A stretch of 64,000 nucleotides of DNA, taken from assembly GCF_001194135.2 (NCBI RefSeq), contig NC_068990.1, positions 11,763,958 through 11,827,957 of the forward strand. The letters are read 5' to 3'. Positions 13,900-27,575 of the stretch are shown in pieces. This DNA is from Octopus bimaculoides. Lineage: Eukaryota. The position numbers and the translations under genes are program-made. Below the pieces are notes generated by a model. The model ran no database searches. It saw only the letters and a program-made list of their open reading frames with translations, and was not told the origin of the DNA. Each line of letters starts with the position of its first letter. The stretch's first letter is position 1.

Positions 13900-15925
13900 A
13901 AAAGAATCGCATGCTATGCCATCAGTTAGTAAATGGCTGTATGGAGTTCCTGCTGATTCATCTAAAGTATATTGCATGTTTTCTGATGTCATAGAAAACT
14001 ATTTCGTAGGCAAACCATTGCCAATTAAAAAAACAGCATAAGACACTAGTTCCATTTAAAGCAATATAGTTACCAATTGTTTTTTTAAATGAAAACGAGA
14101 TGAGACCTCTGTGCTTACAGCTAACACAGCAATGTATATTTGCTCTTCCTTTAATAGCTGTGGATCATTTAGTAAATTTGTGCAAAAAAATAAAATACCT
14201 AACAGTGAAACTGTTTTTAAAGTAAAGATACTTCATAGAAAATGTGAAAATAGTGTAAATAATGTACTTGCACCACACTGTGATGAAAATTTGATTTCTG
14301 ATATATAGAATGTGAAAATTCAGTCTTCTATTAAATGTATCCAATAATATCACAGTTGACAAACTTCTTGGAATGGTTATAATATACTTCAATAACAATT
14401 ACAAAAAAGCCATGCATGCATATCTTGATTTGGTATTTTAGTTTTCTGAAAGGTGTTCTGCAGATGGTGTTGTAAATGCTTTGAATACAAACATAAATAA
14501 AAACTTAGAGGAAAAGGAATAAAAGCTGGAAAATCTATTGCTTATTGGAACTGATAATGCTAGGAGTTAAAAGTGGTATCAGTCAGAAATTAACTGTTCT
14601 ACCATTACTTCTCTGTAGGTGCTTCGTTCTTTGAAATTGGCAATAACCATATATATGCTGAATGTCTGTCACTAGAAACTTAAAATTTTTGGTAATAGAA
14701 ACTTGTAAGTGGTCTTCTCACTTCTTCAGCTAGATAAGCATCTTATAAGCAGTTGTACTTTGCTATTAATGAAAAAGAACCACTAAAGATTCCAAACAGA
14801 TGTGCAGCAAGATGGTTATCTACTAAAGTTGTTGTGAATAGAATTTGAATCAATGGCTAAATTCAAAATTCAAACCCACTTTAAAATGATGAGCACAGGA
14901 GGTGAGTACTTTATTAAACAACTGTTATATATGAAATTTATCTAAATGTAAGAATATGCTTTAGTTTTAGATCCTGTTTCAGAGAATGTTCAAGAAGTCT
15001 GATAATTATATTGAATAAAGAATGGTGAATAAAACAATGTTTCTCTACAAATCTTTCTCATTTACTCAAATCAATTGTAAATATTTTAGAACTTGTAAGA
15101 AGTGGACTAAATCCCTTTGATCCTAATTCTAAACTGAAAAACTTTTCTTTAGAAAAGTTTTTCAATTTAGAATTTTGGCTTCAGTTTTGGGAGAAAAATA
15201 TCAGAAATGATGTTCAAGAAAATAACAACTGATGAAGGGAGAAATATTAAGCAAAGATTGTAAAATGTTTTCTGGCATAACATCCTGTTCATACTTTTAC
15301 TTTTATTCATTTCAGCCATGCTGGAGCACTACCATTCATTGAAGAGTATTTAAGAATATTAAATGCTTTTCTGGAGAAAATATTTTGAAACATATACAGG
15401 AATGTATTATTCCGTTTTTGGATTTGATGAATTTAAATAAATTTAAATACTTATAACATAGCAAGAGTTGAATTTCAATATAATTGTATTCATTTGTTTA
15501 TATGAACCAACACTACCAGTACAGAAACATTTTAGAAGAAACTTTTTTATTACAAAAATGCTAATGGAAAAAATCCCTTTAGCAATGTTGCAGCATCTGT
15601 TGTTAATCTCTTAATATTACCTAATTCAGATGCCAAGGTAGAAAGATTATTCAGTAGCATGAATGTTATCAAAACAGAATTGAGAAATAAGAGGTAACTC
15701 CCAATGCTTGGAGCTGTTCTCTCAGTAAAATATGGCCTGAAACAATAAGATAAATGCTGCAAAGATTATTGTTTACCTGAAGCAACACTAAATAAAATTA
15801 GTAAAGAATTGATTTCTACATTTCTTTTTAAATAAAGTAACTATTATTATTTCTTCTTATTTAGCATTTTAAAAACTTTTTTCAAACAGTCTAGCATTAA
15901 ATAGTAATTTTCATTTGGCAACACG
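13900..15925 (+). mobile_element. Decayed hAT transposon
   Basis: KWLYGVPADSSKVYC (BED-like); KCENSVNNVLAPH; IGTDNA; PLKIPNRCAARWLS; LLILPNSDAKVERLFSSMNVIKTELRNK (hAT C-terminal dimerisation motif); right end TTTGGCAACACG. Confidence 0.75.
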
Positions 15926-16545
15926 ATAATTGTGTACAGAACCAGATTAATAATGTAACAAAAGTAGCCAGCTCCATTCTAAATGCTTTATTGCTATAGT
16001 AGTATACCAGCTTCTAGTTTTATAAACAAATAAGTTTCCAGTGTTGATTCTAAACTCAGAATACTTCCAAGATCCAAAACACTTTAAAATGACAACAATA
16101 AAATGAAATTGAGAGACAATGGTAAATTAGCAACCGTATTTAATTTTTGTTGGATGTTGCTTAATTGGTTTGACATTCCATTCTGGTTTGCAACAGTTGA
16201 GTTTAACTAACACTTTTCTTGAAATTAAGATTGATGGAATGAATCAGATTATTGCTAACATACTGGAGACACCCTAATGATCTAATGATTTATTTCATAT
16301 ATCAATAATAAAGATTTGTTTTAAATAATGACTTCCATTATACACACACACACACACACACGCATGTATACATGCATGCACGCACACACACACACACATT
16401 CTAGACACTTCGGTGGCAAGCTGACAGAATCATTAGTACAGCAGGTGAAAGTCTTAGTTGCATTTCGTTCATCGTTATATTCTGAGTTCAAATTCATCAT
16501 CATTATCATATGATATAAAATATATATATATGTGAATAAATAGTA

Positions 16546-16579
<34 letters not shown>

Positions 16580-16589
16580 NNNNNNNNNN

Positions 16590-16622
<33 letters not shown>

Positions 16623-18944
16623 GCATATATGGGTACAGGTTATCACCAACTGTGCAAATAGTATACACCCGAGAGATAGATACAAGACGTGGACAGTAAT
16701 CACAGGACAAGAACAAGTGTGATACATAAACATCAAAAAAAAAACAAGGAAAAACAGGACAAGTTAACACAAAAAATGGACCTTTCAGATATATATATAT
16801 ATATAGACAGACAGACAGACAGTTACACATATGTATGCATGTCTCTACGTATGTGTCTTTAGCTTATTTTTATCGGTAGTAGATATAAATAAATGTCAGA
16901 AAAGAATCAAACAAAATAAAATCAGTGTTTTACAAATGTTGTCCCTTGAAATGGGCCAGACAGTCTCTTGTTATTTTTGCTATCAGCCACAAAGTAAACT
17001 AGTGATTAGCCTGTTAAGAATCTGTAGACTGCTGTTTATAAATGGTGTTGTAAAAAAAAAAGTTTATAAGAAATCAATATGAAGAATGTTGTTATATGAC
17101 CTTCACTATTTAAAGCAAAACGTTTTATTTGTTGCATTTAATAAAATACAGTAATGTGATGATGCTGAGAGATTCTTTTCTAAAGCATTCTATGTTACAG
17201 AACACATCAGTTTGTCTTTACTGACCATGTTCTGCAGTTTTTCTGTATGGTTTCCATAGCATGTGAGATGAGAAGTAACAAGCCCCTTGTACAACTCTAC
17301 ACCATTTCTTGGAAAAATGGCGGTGGTGGTGGTTATGATGATGATGGGGTGAAGAGGAGGAAGGTGATGATGATGGTGGTGACGATGGTGATGGGGATAA
17401 TGATGATAACTATGCTGATGATGATGACAATAACGACAATGATGGTGATGACGATGATGATGGGGTGAAAAGGAGAAGGAGGAAGGTGATGATGACGGTG
17501 GTGATGACGATGATGTTGATGCTGACAACTATGCCGATGATGATGACAATAACAACGACAATGATGGTGATGACGATGACGACAACGATAATAAGGATGA
17601 TGATGATGACAAGAAAAACGATGACGATGATGGCAATACTGATGGTGATGATGACGGCAATGACGATCACAACGACAATGAGGACAAGGATGGTAGTTTC
17701 TCTTGGACCAAGAAAGACAGCTCTGCAATTTCTTGTTGAAAAACCTGCAGAAATGACTCATTAATATTAATTAAATATATGAGCTGTACCGCCCCAATCA
17801 GCTTACTGCCCCAATCAAACTGATTTTGCAAGGTGCACTGTTAAACCAAGTGTCAAAGGGATTGCAAAATAACATACGATGACGTGATTTACTCAAGAAC
17901 ACAACACACCGCCCAGTCCAGGAATTGAAAGCACAATCTTGTGATCTCGAGTGCAACACCCTTAACCACTAAGCCACCCACCTCTGACTCTCGGAAGAAT
18001 GAGACACATTAAATAATCCCTTTTTATTATCTCACAGCAGAATGTAATAAACTCTGAGAGGGTGAGTGAGACTGAGAGAGATCAATTGACCCTAGCACAG
18101 GACTGGTACCTTATTTATCAACTCCAGTTGAAAAATGTAAAGTAAAGTTGACCTCAGTAGCATTTGAACTCAGAATGAAAAGATCCCACAAGGGATCTAT
18201 CCAATGCTTTTAATGATTCTGCTAATTGATCAATTATAAAATTGCCATCATCATTGTACCCACTTGACAAATGGTGTTAGTTTGTTTACATCCCATAACT
18301 TAGCAAAAGAGAATGAAGGATTAAATACCAGACTCTAAAAACTGGTTCTGGGGTCAATTCATTTAACTAAATCCTTTAAGGCAGTGACTGAAACAAATAA
18401 AAGAAAGATAATATGCTGATTAATGCAGCCCTCGGCCTTTTGGGGTTTTGGTATATAGAGGAAATCATTTATTCTCAAATGGAAAATATAACTTCAATGA
18501 CATTATGAGGATAACCAATAACATGAAAACCCTATGGCTTTGTAGCTTTGTTTCTGTGGAATTTTCTTTTCTCCTTTAGCATTTCCCTGAAGGACAACTC
18601 CAAAATGTTAACCTTTTTCCTTCTTTCTTCTTAACGGTGCTAAGTAAAATTCAATTATATAATAAAGAGACAATTCTTAAATCTAATTTGAGGGCATATG
18701 CCCGACAGCTTAATTAGTTTACTGTATTAATTAGCAACAAGTTTTAATATAATTCATGTACATTTGATTTGTCAGGCGACATACCATTCTTGAGGAGACC
18801 TATTGAGTCAAGTAAAATCAAAATCACAATCAAATGGAAATTGTAGCTGCGGCTGATGCCAGTGCCACCTGGCTGGCTCCCGTACTGGTGGCAGGCAATG
18901 AGCACCATGCATGCGTGGGTCATTGCCAGTGTCGCCTGTGGGTT

Positions 18945-19200
18945 GATTAAGTAGAGGGAAACAGAAAGAAGCCAACCATATATACAAACATACATGTCTG
19001 TGTGTGTGTGAGTGTGTGTTTGTCCCCCCACCACCTCTTGACAGCTGGTATCAGTGTGTTTACATCTTCGTAACTGAGCAGTTTGGCAATAGAGCCTGAG
19101 AGAATAAGTATGATGCTTAAAACAGTCATTCATTTGACTAAACATTCTCCAAAGCAGTGCTCCAGCATGGCTGCAGTGTAATGACGAAAATAAATAAAAG
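18945..19200 (+). mobile_element. SINE family B, 3' part
   Basis: GAAACAGAAAGAAGCC..GCTCCAGCATGGCTGCAGT. Confidence 0.75.
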
Positions 19201-20052
19201 ATACACCTTGTCTTTACCAGGATTTGAACTCAGTAAATAGAGAAATAAAGTAAATGCTAAAAGACATGCAGGAGTGTGATTTAAAACTCAAGCTAACTTC
19301 ACAACCTACCCTACTGTCCTTCAAATATAAATAACAATAAAATTCAAACGGAAATCTTCTGAAAAATGAAAGGCAATGCATTAAAAGTGCATTTATAGAT
19401 GTTTATGAAATGCTTAAAATAATATAAAACACAAGGATAAGAAGAGATGTTCTGTCTTTTTTTTGTTTTTTTTTCTTCTCGATTGAATTATAGAAACATA
19501 ATTTGTAAAGAAAAACAAGGAAATATATAATTTTAAAACATTTAGGAAATGAAAAAGTATATGAAAATTTTTCTTTAAAAAGCAAGAATGTTTTGACATT
19601 TTTGATTCTAAAGAATTTGTGAGTGTGTGTGTGTATTTTTTATTTTCATATTTTACATTTTTATTAGGTATCTTTAAATATACATATATATGTACATATA
19701 TGCATATATAATATATATATATATATATATATANNNNNNNNNNNNNNNNNNNNNNNNNNNNNNNNNNNNNNNNNNNNNNNNNNNNNNNNNNNNNNNNNNN
19801 NNNNNNNNNNNNNNNNNNNNNNNNNNNNNNNNNNNNNNNNNNNNNNNNNNNNNNNNNNNNNNNNNNNNNNNNNNNNNNNNNNNNNNNNNNNNNNNNNNNN
19901 NNNNNNNNNNNNNNNNNNNNNNNNNNNNNNNNNNNNNNNNNNNNNNNNNNNNNNNNNNNNNNNNNNNNNNNNNNNNNNNNNNNNNNNNNNNNNNNNNNNN
20001 NNNNNNNNNNNNNNNNNNNNNNNNNNNNNNNNNNNATATATATATATATATA

Positions 20053-20095
<43 letters not shown>

Positions 20096-20881
20096 ATGTG
20101 TTTTAGAGAGAGATAGAGAAAGAGAGAGATTCAGCTGTCACCTTCCCATAACCTACTGCATCTATCGACACCAACACCGCCGAAGTTCCGAGGTTCCATT
20201 CGCATGTACCATCACCTCACTCTTCCTCACCCTCTCACTAGCTTCACAGTGTCACTCCTGCAACAGCCATAACTACTACTGCTGCTGCTGCTGCTACTAC
20301 TACTACTACTACTGATACTTCCACCAGCACCACCTCACCAATACAACTGCCAGGATATCTTAAATAAAACTTGACATTCATTTCTGCTGACAGTACTACT
20401 TACAACAACAACAACAACAACAGATGCATCAACATCAATAACAACAGCAGCAATAACAAGCCATTGAGGCAGTCTCTTCATGGTAACAAGGCATTCTAGA
20501 AATAGCAACCAAATCTACCTTAAATCACACCTTGTTGTCTTAAATAAAAAAATAAAGGACCATATTAGATCTTGTAGTTCTAGATAGTCCTTTAAAAAAT
20601 AGGAGTGACTTTAAATGGTTCTTAGCTTGCCAGAAATAGCAGTGAATTATACTTCAAAACATAACTTAGTTTTTAAAAAAATCATTCCAGATCTGCACAA
20701 ACAAATCTGACCTTCCCTGGGTTAATTAGCAAGGACATGAAGTTGAGTAAGTCAGCAAGGTGGCCACGCACAAGGCTTATGTTGACCCAGGGTTATAGTA
20801 GAAGACACTTGCTACCACCTGCTCTGCAAAAAATGTTACATTATCCATCACCATTTTCTAAGAGTATGCCGTAATAAGTGA

Positions 20882-21060
20882 AGGCACATGGCTTAGTGGT
20901 TAGGGTATTTGGCACATGATTGTAAAGTTGTGAGTTCAATTCCCAGCAGTGCTTTGTGTCTAGAGTGCTCAGCTACTTGCATGTTAATTTCACAATCAGA
21001 CTGTTCTATTGATTAGACCAGCTTGAACCATTGTTGTCATAACTGATGGATAGCCACATG
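20882..21060 (+). mobile_element. Internally deleted family E-like SINE
   Basis: TGGCTTAGTGGTTAGG..GAGTTCAATTCCC head joined to AGTGCTCAGCTACTTGCATGTTAATTTCAC. Confidence 0.7.
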
Positions 21061-21897
21061 TACACTTACAGACTGGACATTAAAGAAAGTGCTTTGCAAT
21101 ATGTCCAGCTTGTCACCTTATATCATGCATAGTTCATCAGTAAATGCTGTAGTGTGCAGTATGATGCAGATTTAGGCAAAGATGTTGCATAACTATTTAA
21201 GACAGCAGGGTCTGGTTTCAGACCCTGATGTCTTAAAGGTAAAATTACTAGCAGACCAAGTGTTCATATAGACTCACCTTTATCAGCTAACTAATAAGAC
21301 AGCATAATTAACTGCTGTAAGTAACAGTTACAATTTGCACTTATCTGATTGTAAACATGAAATTCTGTCTGTCAGTCCATATGGGACCCCTGTATCACAG
21401 TCTACATTTGTTCTACATAGACATATAACATTTGTGAATCAGAATGATCCTGGGATTTAAAATCTGCCCTTCATTTGGTTCTTGAACATTCAGCATTAAG
21501 ATCATGTCTGGATGAGGATTTGTTATATACTAACAGTTTAAAATTCAAATTTTAAAAGACCTCCAAAAATTTACAAGTTTTTTATTTAAACTGAATTTAA
21601 AGCAATACCATATGAGTAAGATAATACCATATTGGTAGAGTACCAGTGAATGCTTTATTAGTATTTCTCTCTTCAGTTTTAAGCTGCTGGCCCAGTTAGC
21701 CCTTCACAGGAGCTAACTTAAAAGTCCACATTATGTATGGCATTTAAGCTGGTGAATGACATATTCACTTGTTTGTTTTACAGAATTCAGTTCCATTTAT
21801 GGAAAAAGTTACCTGAAGTGTGTTTTTCCAGAAGCAGACTTATCTTTGATCTACAAATTGATACATGACCAGAATTTTAATCATCTTTATGTAAATA

Positions 21898-22392
21898 TTA
21901 GTTTCAAACTTTGGCACAAAACCAACAATTTCAGGAGAGGGGGTAAGTCAATTACATCAACCCCAGTGCCCAACTGGTACTTATTTTTTCAACCCCGAAA
22001 GGATGAAAGACAAAGCTGACCTTGATGGAATTTGAATTCAGAACGTAAATGCCGACGAAATGCCATTAAGCATTTTGCTTTGCATGCTAACAACTCTGGC
22101 CTTCTTTATATGTGAATATTAGTGACTTTTGCCAAGAAAGTATTGATCTTCTTCACTCTCAATTTATATTTTATATTCTTTTCTAATCTAGGCACAAGGC
22201 CTAAAATTTTGGGGAAGTGGGGCAGTCGATTAGATTGACTCCAGTACTCAACAGGTACTTAATTTATTGACCCCCAAGAGGATGAAAGGTAAAGTCAACC
22301 TCAGCGGAATTTGAACTCAGAAAGTAATGGCAGACAAAATACCGCTAAGCATTTCACCCGGCATGATAACGTTTCTGCCAGCTCACCACCTT
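21898..22392 (-). mobile_element. Two adjacent SINE family A copies (21898-22095, 22180-22392)
   Basis: Each has GGATGAAAG..GAATTTGAA(C/T)TCAGAA..GCTAAGC-like motifs. Confidence 0.85.
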
Positions 22393-23139
22393 TTTATATG
22401 TTATATTTCACAATTCCAGTTTCTTTTGACAGATCTCAACAGTTCTGTATTTAAAGGGAAGAAAAGGTAAAGTCTGGTATTCACACCTTTCCCAATGCAC
22501 CAGCAGAATAAATGAAATTAAATTCTTTTAATTAAAACTCAATAATGCACCAAAGTCTAAGAACTCTGGTGATTACCTTTTCATCTTTTAAAATTAGCAC
22601 TTCTAAAATATATAAGATGTATAAATTGGTAGAAAGGATAAAGATGAAATACATTCAAACCATATGGTGTTCTCAAGGGCTGGTTCTTTGTATTGTTACC
22701 ACCTTAGTAAGTAGATAGCTGAAAGGTAGTGCTTTTTCTTGATAAGGGATCAGTCTGGGATGGTTCCAAAATATTCTGGGATATATTCCAAACAACCAAA
22801 TGCACTGAAATTTAAATAATTTTAAGAGTACTACAATGCAAAAACACAATAACACATCAGTTTAGATTTCATATTGCTATGTGTGTATGTATGTATGACT
22901 GTGCATGTGTGTGTGAGTGTATTTTCGTTTGACCAACTGTTTTTTACACCCATTTTTCCATGCTAGCATGGGTTAGATGAATATATCATTGAAGCATGGT
23001 TTTACAGTTGGATACCACTTCTGATATACAATACCATTTGCAGCTTGCAACGTTCATGAGGCACAAATAAATGTAAACAAACACACATATGTACATGCAC
23101 ATATACACACAAATGTATATATACAAACAGACATACTAG

Positions 23140-23695
23140 TAATTGGTATGAGGAAGAAAAACTGTGTATAGTTGTGGAAGTCAGCTGCCCAGATGATGTT
23201 AACATAAAGCTGAAGATCAGCAAAAAAGAAAATATCTATGCAAAACTATTGAGAAATATACAGTTACTCTACCCAGATTGCAAGTTCAGGTTTATACCTG
23301 TAACTATTGGGGCACTGGGATATGTAACACACTGCCTAAGTACCAAGCTTGAGAAATTAGGCTTCTCAAAACCAGAAAGGAGAAAGCTAATTCTAAGATT
23401 ACAGATCCAAGCCATCATCGGAAGGATAAAAATCTGTAAAACTTTCCAGAGGCTTATCATTTAAGTATATATGAGCATGTCTAGAAATGCAAGTATATGC
23501 ATGGGAATACATACATAAAACAGAACACATAAATCTGCACATATACATACATGCATACATACATGCATACATACATACATACAAAAATACCCTGTTGATG
23601 TTGCTGATCCTTGGATCTAGGTTAGAACCTAGCTCTTTCTCTACTGGCAAGAAATCTTGCAATAAAACTGAATAAAGACATACATACATACATTG
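23140..23695 (+). mobile_element. 5'-truncated REL-endonuclease LINE (R4/Dong-like) with 3' UTR ending in (CATA)n
   Basis: VEVSCPDDVNIKLKISKKENIYAKLLRN..FIPVTIGALGYV..KICKTF; 3' UTR repeated at 24240-24380. Confidence 0.8.
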
Positions 23696-24380
23696 TAGCT
23701 AGGGCACTCTATAATAAAATCTGGCAGAAGGATAATCCCAAGGACAAAGAAATAAAAACCTACAATATGGTAGAAGCCATAGCCACTCATAATAAAAAGG
23801 AATACTGGTGGAGACCTCAATAAAATGTATGCCAGTGAAGACTTCAATAAAATGTAAGCACAACAGACCTGATATAATGATTTGGGATAGAAAAGAGAAA
23901 AGGTGCATAGTTGTGGAAATTAGCTTCCTAGTGGATATTAACATAAAGCTGAAGATCAGTGAAAAAGAAAACACCTATGTTGAACTATTGAGAAATCTGC
24001 TGTTACATACATACACACATACATACATACATCACCATGATAGATCACTAGCCACTACACATTCTTTTTTTTTTCCCCTTGTTTCTTTCTGTGTTCCTTT
24101 CTGTGGAAGAGCGTAAGCTCGAAACTAATTAAAGACCTTTTCCCTTCCCGAGCATTATACTAATACATCTGTTTGTTGTGTACACCACCTGTCTTCGTCT
24201 TTTGTTTTTTGTTTTTTTTTGTGAATTCTCCCCCTACATATATGCATACATACAAAAAGACCCTGTCATTTATGTTGAAATTCCAATGAAGGAGCCTTGG
24301 ATCTAGGTAGGTTAGAGACCGGTTCTTTCTCTATTGGCAAAAAATCTTGAAATAAAACTGAATAAAGACATACATACATT
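23696..24380 (+). mobile_element. Second copy of the CATA-associated REL LINE, deleted and interrupted
   Basis: VARALYNKI..KEYWW..KTSIKCKHNRPDIMIWDRKEKRCIVVEISF..KENTYVELLRNL (PD..E endonuclease motif); bounded by (TACA)n tracts. Confidence 0.75.
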
Positions 24381-24705
24381 CATACACACACACATACATG
24401 CACACACATACATGCATACATACATACGTACATACATACATATATATATGCATAAACACATACATACATAGATTTTGACAGGGATTTATTAATCTACTGA
24501 TTAGGCATGATGAAAATTTAATTCATTTAATTTATTTGATTATTTTACTAATGAATTTTTCAGTTAATTTATCATTTATAACAAATATATAATTATGCTT
24601 CTGATTCAGAGTATTATGATTTCATAATTAATATATATCTGTCTGTCTGTCTGTCTGTCTGTCTCTCGCCCCCCTCTATTTCTCTCTCTCTCTCTCTCTC
24701 TCTCT

Positions 24706-24776
<71 letters not shown>

Positions 24777-25117
24777 TATGTGTGTATATGTATATATATA
24801 TATATGTGTGGGTGTGCATGTGTGTGTATATATATACATACACACACACACACATATATACACACATATACATACATATACTGGTTTGACTCTGTATTGT
24901 ACTTTTACATATAAATCACATTTGCTTTTGTTCCTTGCGCAAACTGTGTCAGTTTGTATTGAACACCAATCAAATCTAGGAACTGCCTATCTGTATATAG
25001 GTCTGTATATATCTGTATATAGGTACCTGAACTGTATGTAGGTATGTGTCTGCATGAACCAATCAAATTTCATCTCAACCTGAGCTACCACTATGGTTTG
25101 TAATTTTATTTCGAATT

Positions 25118-25435
25118 ACCGGCATGGCTGGGTGGTAAGAAGCTTACTTATTAACACTATGGTTCCAGGTTCAGTCCCACTGTGTGACATCCTGGGTTAG
25201 TGTCCTCTACTGTAGTCCTGGACTGGTAGAGTTACTAGTTTCCATCTACCAGCCTCAGGCTGACCAAAGCCTTATGAATGGATCTGGTAGATGGAAACTG
25301 AAAGAAGCCTTCATATGTACATGTGCATGTGCATGTGTGTGTGCATGTTTGTCCTCTCCTTCACCAGTTGACAACCTGTGTTGGTTTGCTTATGTTCCTG
25401 TTAATTAGCAGTTTGGCAAAAAGAGACTGATGGAA
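25118..25435 (+). mobile_element. SINE family B, diverged
   Basis: GGTAAGAAGCTT..GGTTCAGTCCCACTG head. Confidence 0.8.
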
Positions 25436-25624
25436 TTCTGATATGCTAATTTTAGGATTCTTAATTTAAATGCTTATCTTATCAAAACTGCCTACAATTC
25501 TGATTAGCCAATTGTGTATCAACCCACTACCTTATTTGGATTAGAAGTGTATTCTTTGTTTTGATTTCTTTTCATGGTTTGATGGTCTTCATCATAACAG
25601 CATATCATTGTTTGCCAGTTTTAA

Positions 25625-25846
25625 CCCTTTAGCATTTAAGCTAGTCATATCCAGTCAAAATATCCCGTCTCTTTTGTACTCAAACTGGTTAGATCTGGCC
25701 TCTAACATTTACTCTATAATGACATTCTTAAAAAATAAACAATCAGATCATTGAAATCTCGAAGCTATGAAATAATGCATGATTAATTCCAAATAATGTG
25801 ACTAAATAAACGTTACAGTTGACAGGTTAATCTGAATGCTAAAGGG
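25625..25846. mobile_element. TTAA-flanked piggyBac-like MITE
   Basis: TTAA-CCCTTTAGCATT ... AATGCTAAAGGG-TTAT. Confidence 0.75.
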
Positions 25847-26022
25847 TTATTTATGGTATAATCTGAAGAGTTGGGAGATCCTATGTATTCTTATGAATAT
25901 TGCACATCTACACATGCCTACTTATATGGTGTTACATCAGAATAAAATTTTGTAATGAAACAATTGTAGATATATCACAAAATCCATTCATCTAGTCAAT
26001 AATACATACATATATATATATC

Positions 26023-26054
<32 letters not shown>

Positions 26055-27009
26055 AGTGTGTGTGCACGTGCGTGTGTGTTTGTATGCATGCATATATATA
26101 TATATATATATGTATGTATTTAATAATCAAGGATAAAATCTTTATAATATTTTATCGAGTAGCCAGCATGTAATGAACCATATAGGTGATAATTAATACA
26201 AGTATATATAATTACATAAATATAATTATAATAATCAGGGCTCTATTGAATAGCACCACATGCTAGAAATAGACGCCAAATGGCTCTAAGAACTACAGTT
26301 ACTTGTTCCATTAGCATGGATTGAAAGCGAGGAAAGTGAATAAATAAGATTTCTTAAAAGAAGATTAGCTATAGAAATCTTATTTACCATAAAAACCCAT
26401 GTAATTTACACACTTTTTGCGCAAAAACAGAAACAAACTTTAGGCATGCGTAAATTACAGAAGCAGGTCATTTCCATAGTCTTTTAGAAATTTTTTTGTT
26501 AAAAAATGATGTACAAATGTAAACATTCATACCAGAAGTTGACTCATTTAATGTCAGAATAGGTTTTTACAGAAAAAATATAATGAAGTTGACTTCTATT
26601 TATGCTGGACAGTATAATGCTTAGTTTTTCTGTATAAATTTACTAAAACCATTAAAGGGTTAACTACTTTCTGAAGTTTGACTTTCATGCTGGTAATCAC
26701 GGTTTGGGTCATATTTTACAATGCAGCCCAGCAATTTCCTTAAATAGATCAGTTTTTCTCTGCTTAGGGAGTCTAGCTTGTGTTTGCACCGGGAAGCTAT
26801 TTGCTCGCTTTCTCCACATTACGACACAATGAAATTCCTCATCGCTGACATCACCACTATCAACTCTTACTGCATCTAACACCAACAATGACAACATCAT
26901 AATTCATCTTTGCTTATGTAAACTCACTAAGTGAATATGACTTAACATTCCTACAGAAACCTTCATTTACCTTATATGGTGTTTAATGTTGTTTCACATT
27001 CATGTTGAA

Positions 27010-27575
27010 TTATGCAACAATCACGAAGACCACCACGACCACCACGACGACGTCGACGAAAAACACGACGACCAAGACGACCAAAACGACCAAAACGAGG
27101 ACGATGACAACGACGACCACCACCACGACCATGACCACGACGACCACGACCACAACCACGACAAAGACTACGACCACGACCACGACCTCGACGACGATGA
27201 CGACCACAACGACCACGACCGCGACTACNNNNNNNNNNNNNNNNNNNNNNNNNNNNNNNNNNNNNNNNNNNNNNNNNNNNNNNNNNNNNNNNNNNNNNNN
27301 NNNNNNNNNNNNNNNNNNNNNNNNNNNNNNNNNNNNNNNNNNNNNNNNNNNNNNNNNATGACCAGGACGACGACCATGACCACGACCACGACGAAGACCA
27401 CGACGACCGCGAAGACGACGGCGACGACCATGACGACGACCACCACCACGACCATGACCACGACGACCACGACCACAACCACGACAAAGACTACGACCAC
27501 GACCACGACCTCGACGACGATGACGACCACAACGACCACGACCGCGACTACCACGACGACGACGGCGATGATGAT
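27010..27575. repeat. CpG-rich (GAC/CAC)n compound repeat spanning a gap
   Basis: Directly visible. Confidence 0.9.

Noticed and set aside
17226-17307. Candidate 82-nt exon (-) with GTCAGT donor
   Set aside because: No recognisable product or partner exons.
24275-24335. CCAATGA...GAGACCGGTT in the REL LINE 3' UTR as a possible hammerhead
   Set aside because: Both core halves deviate and stem I is not evident.
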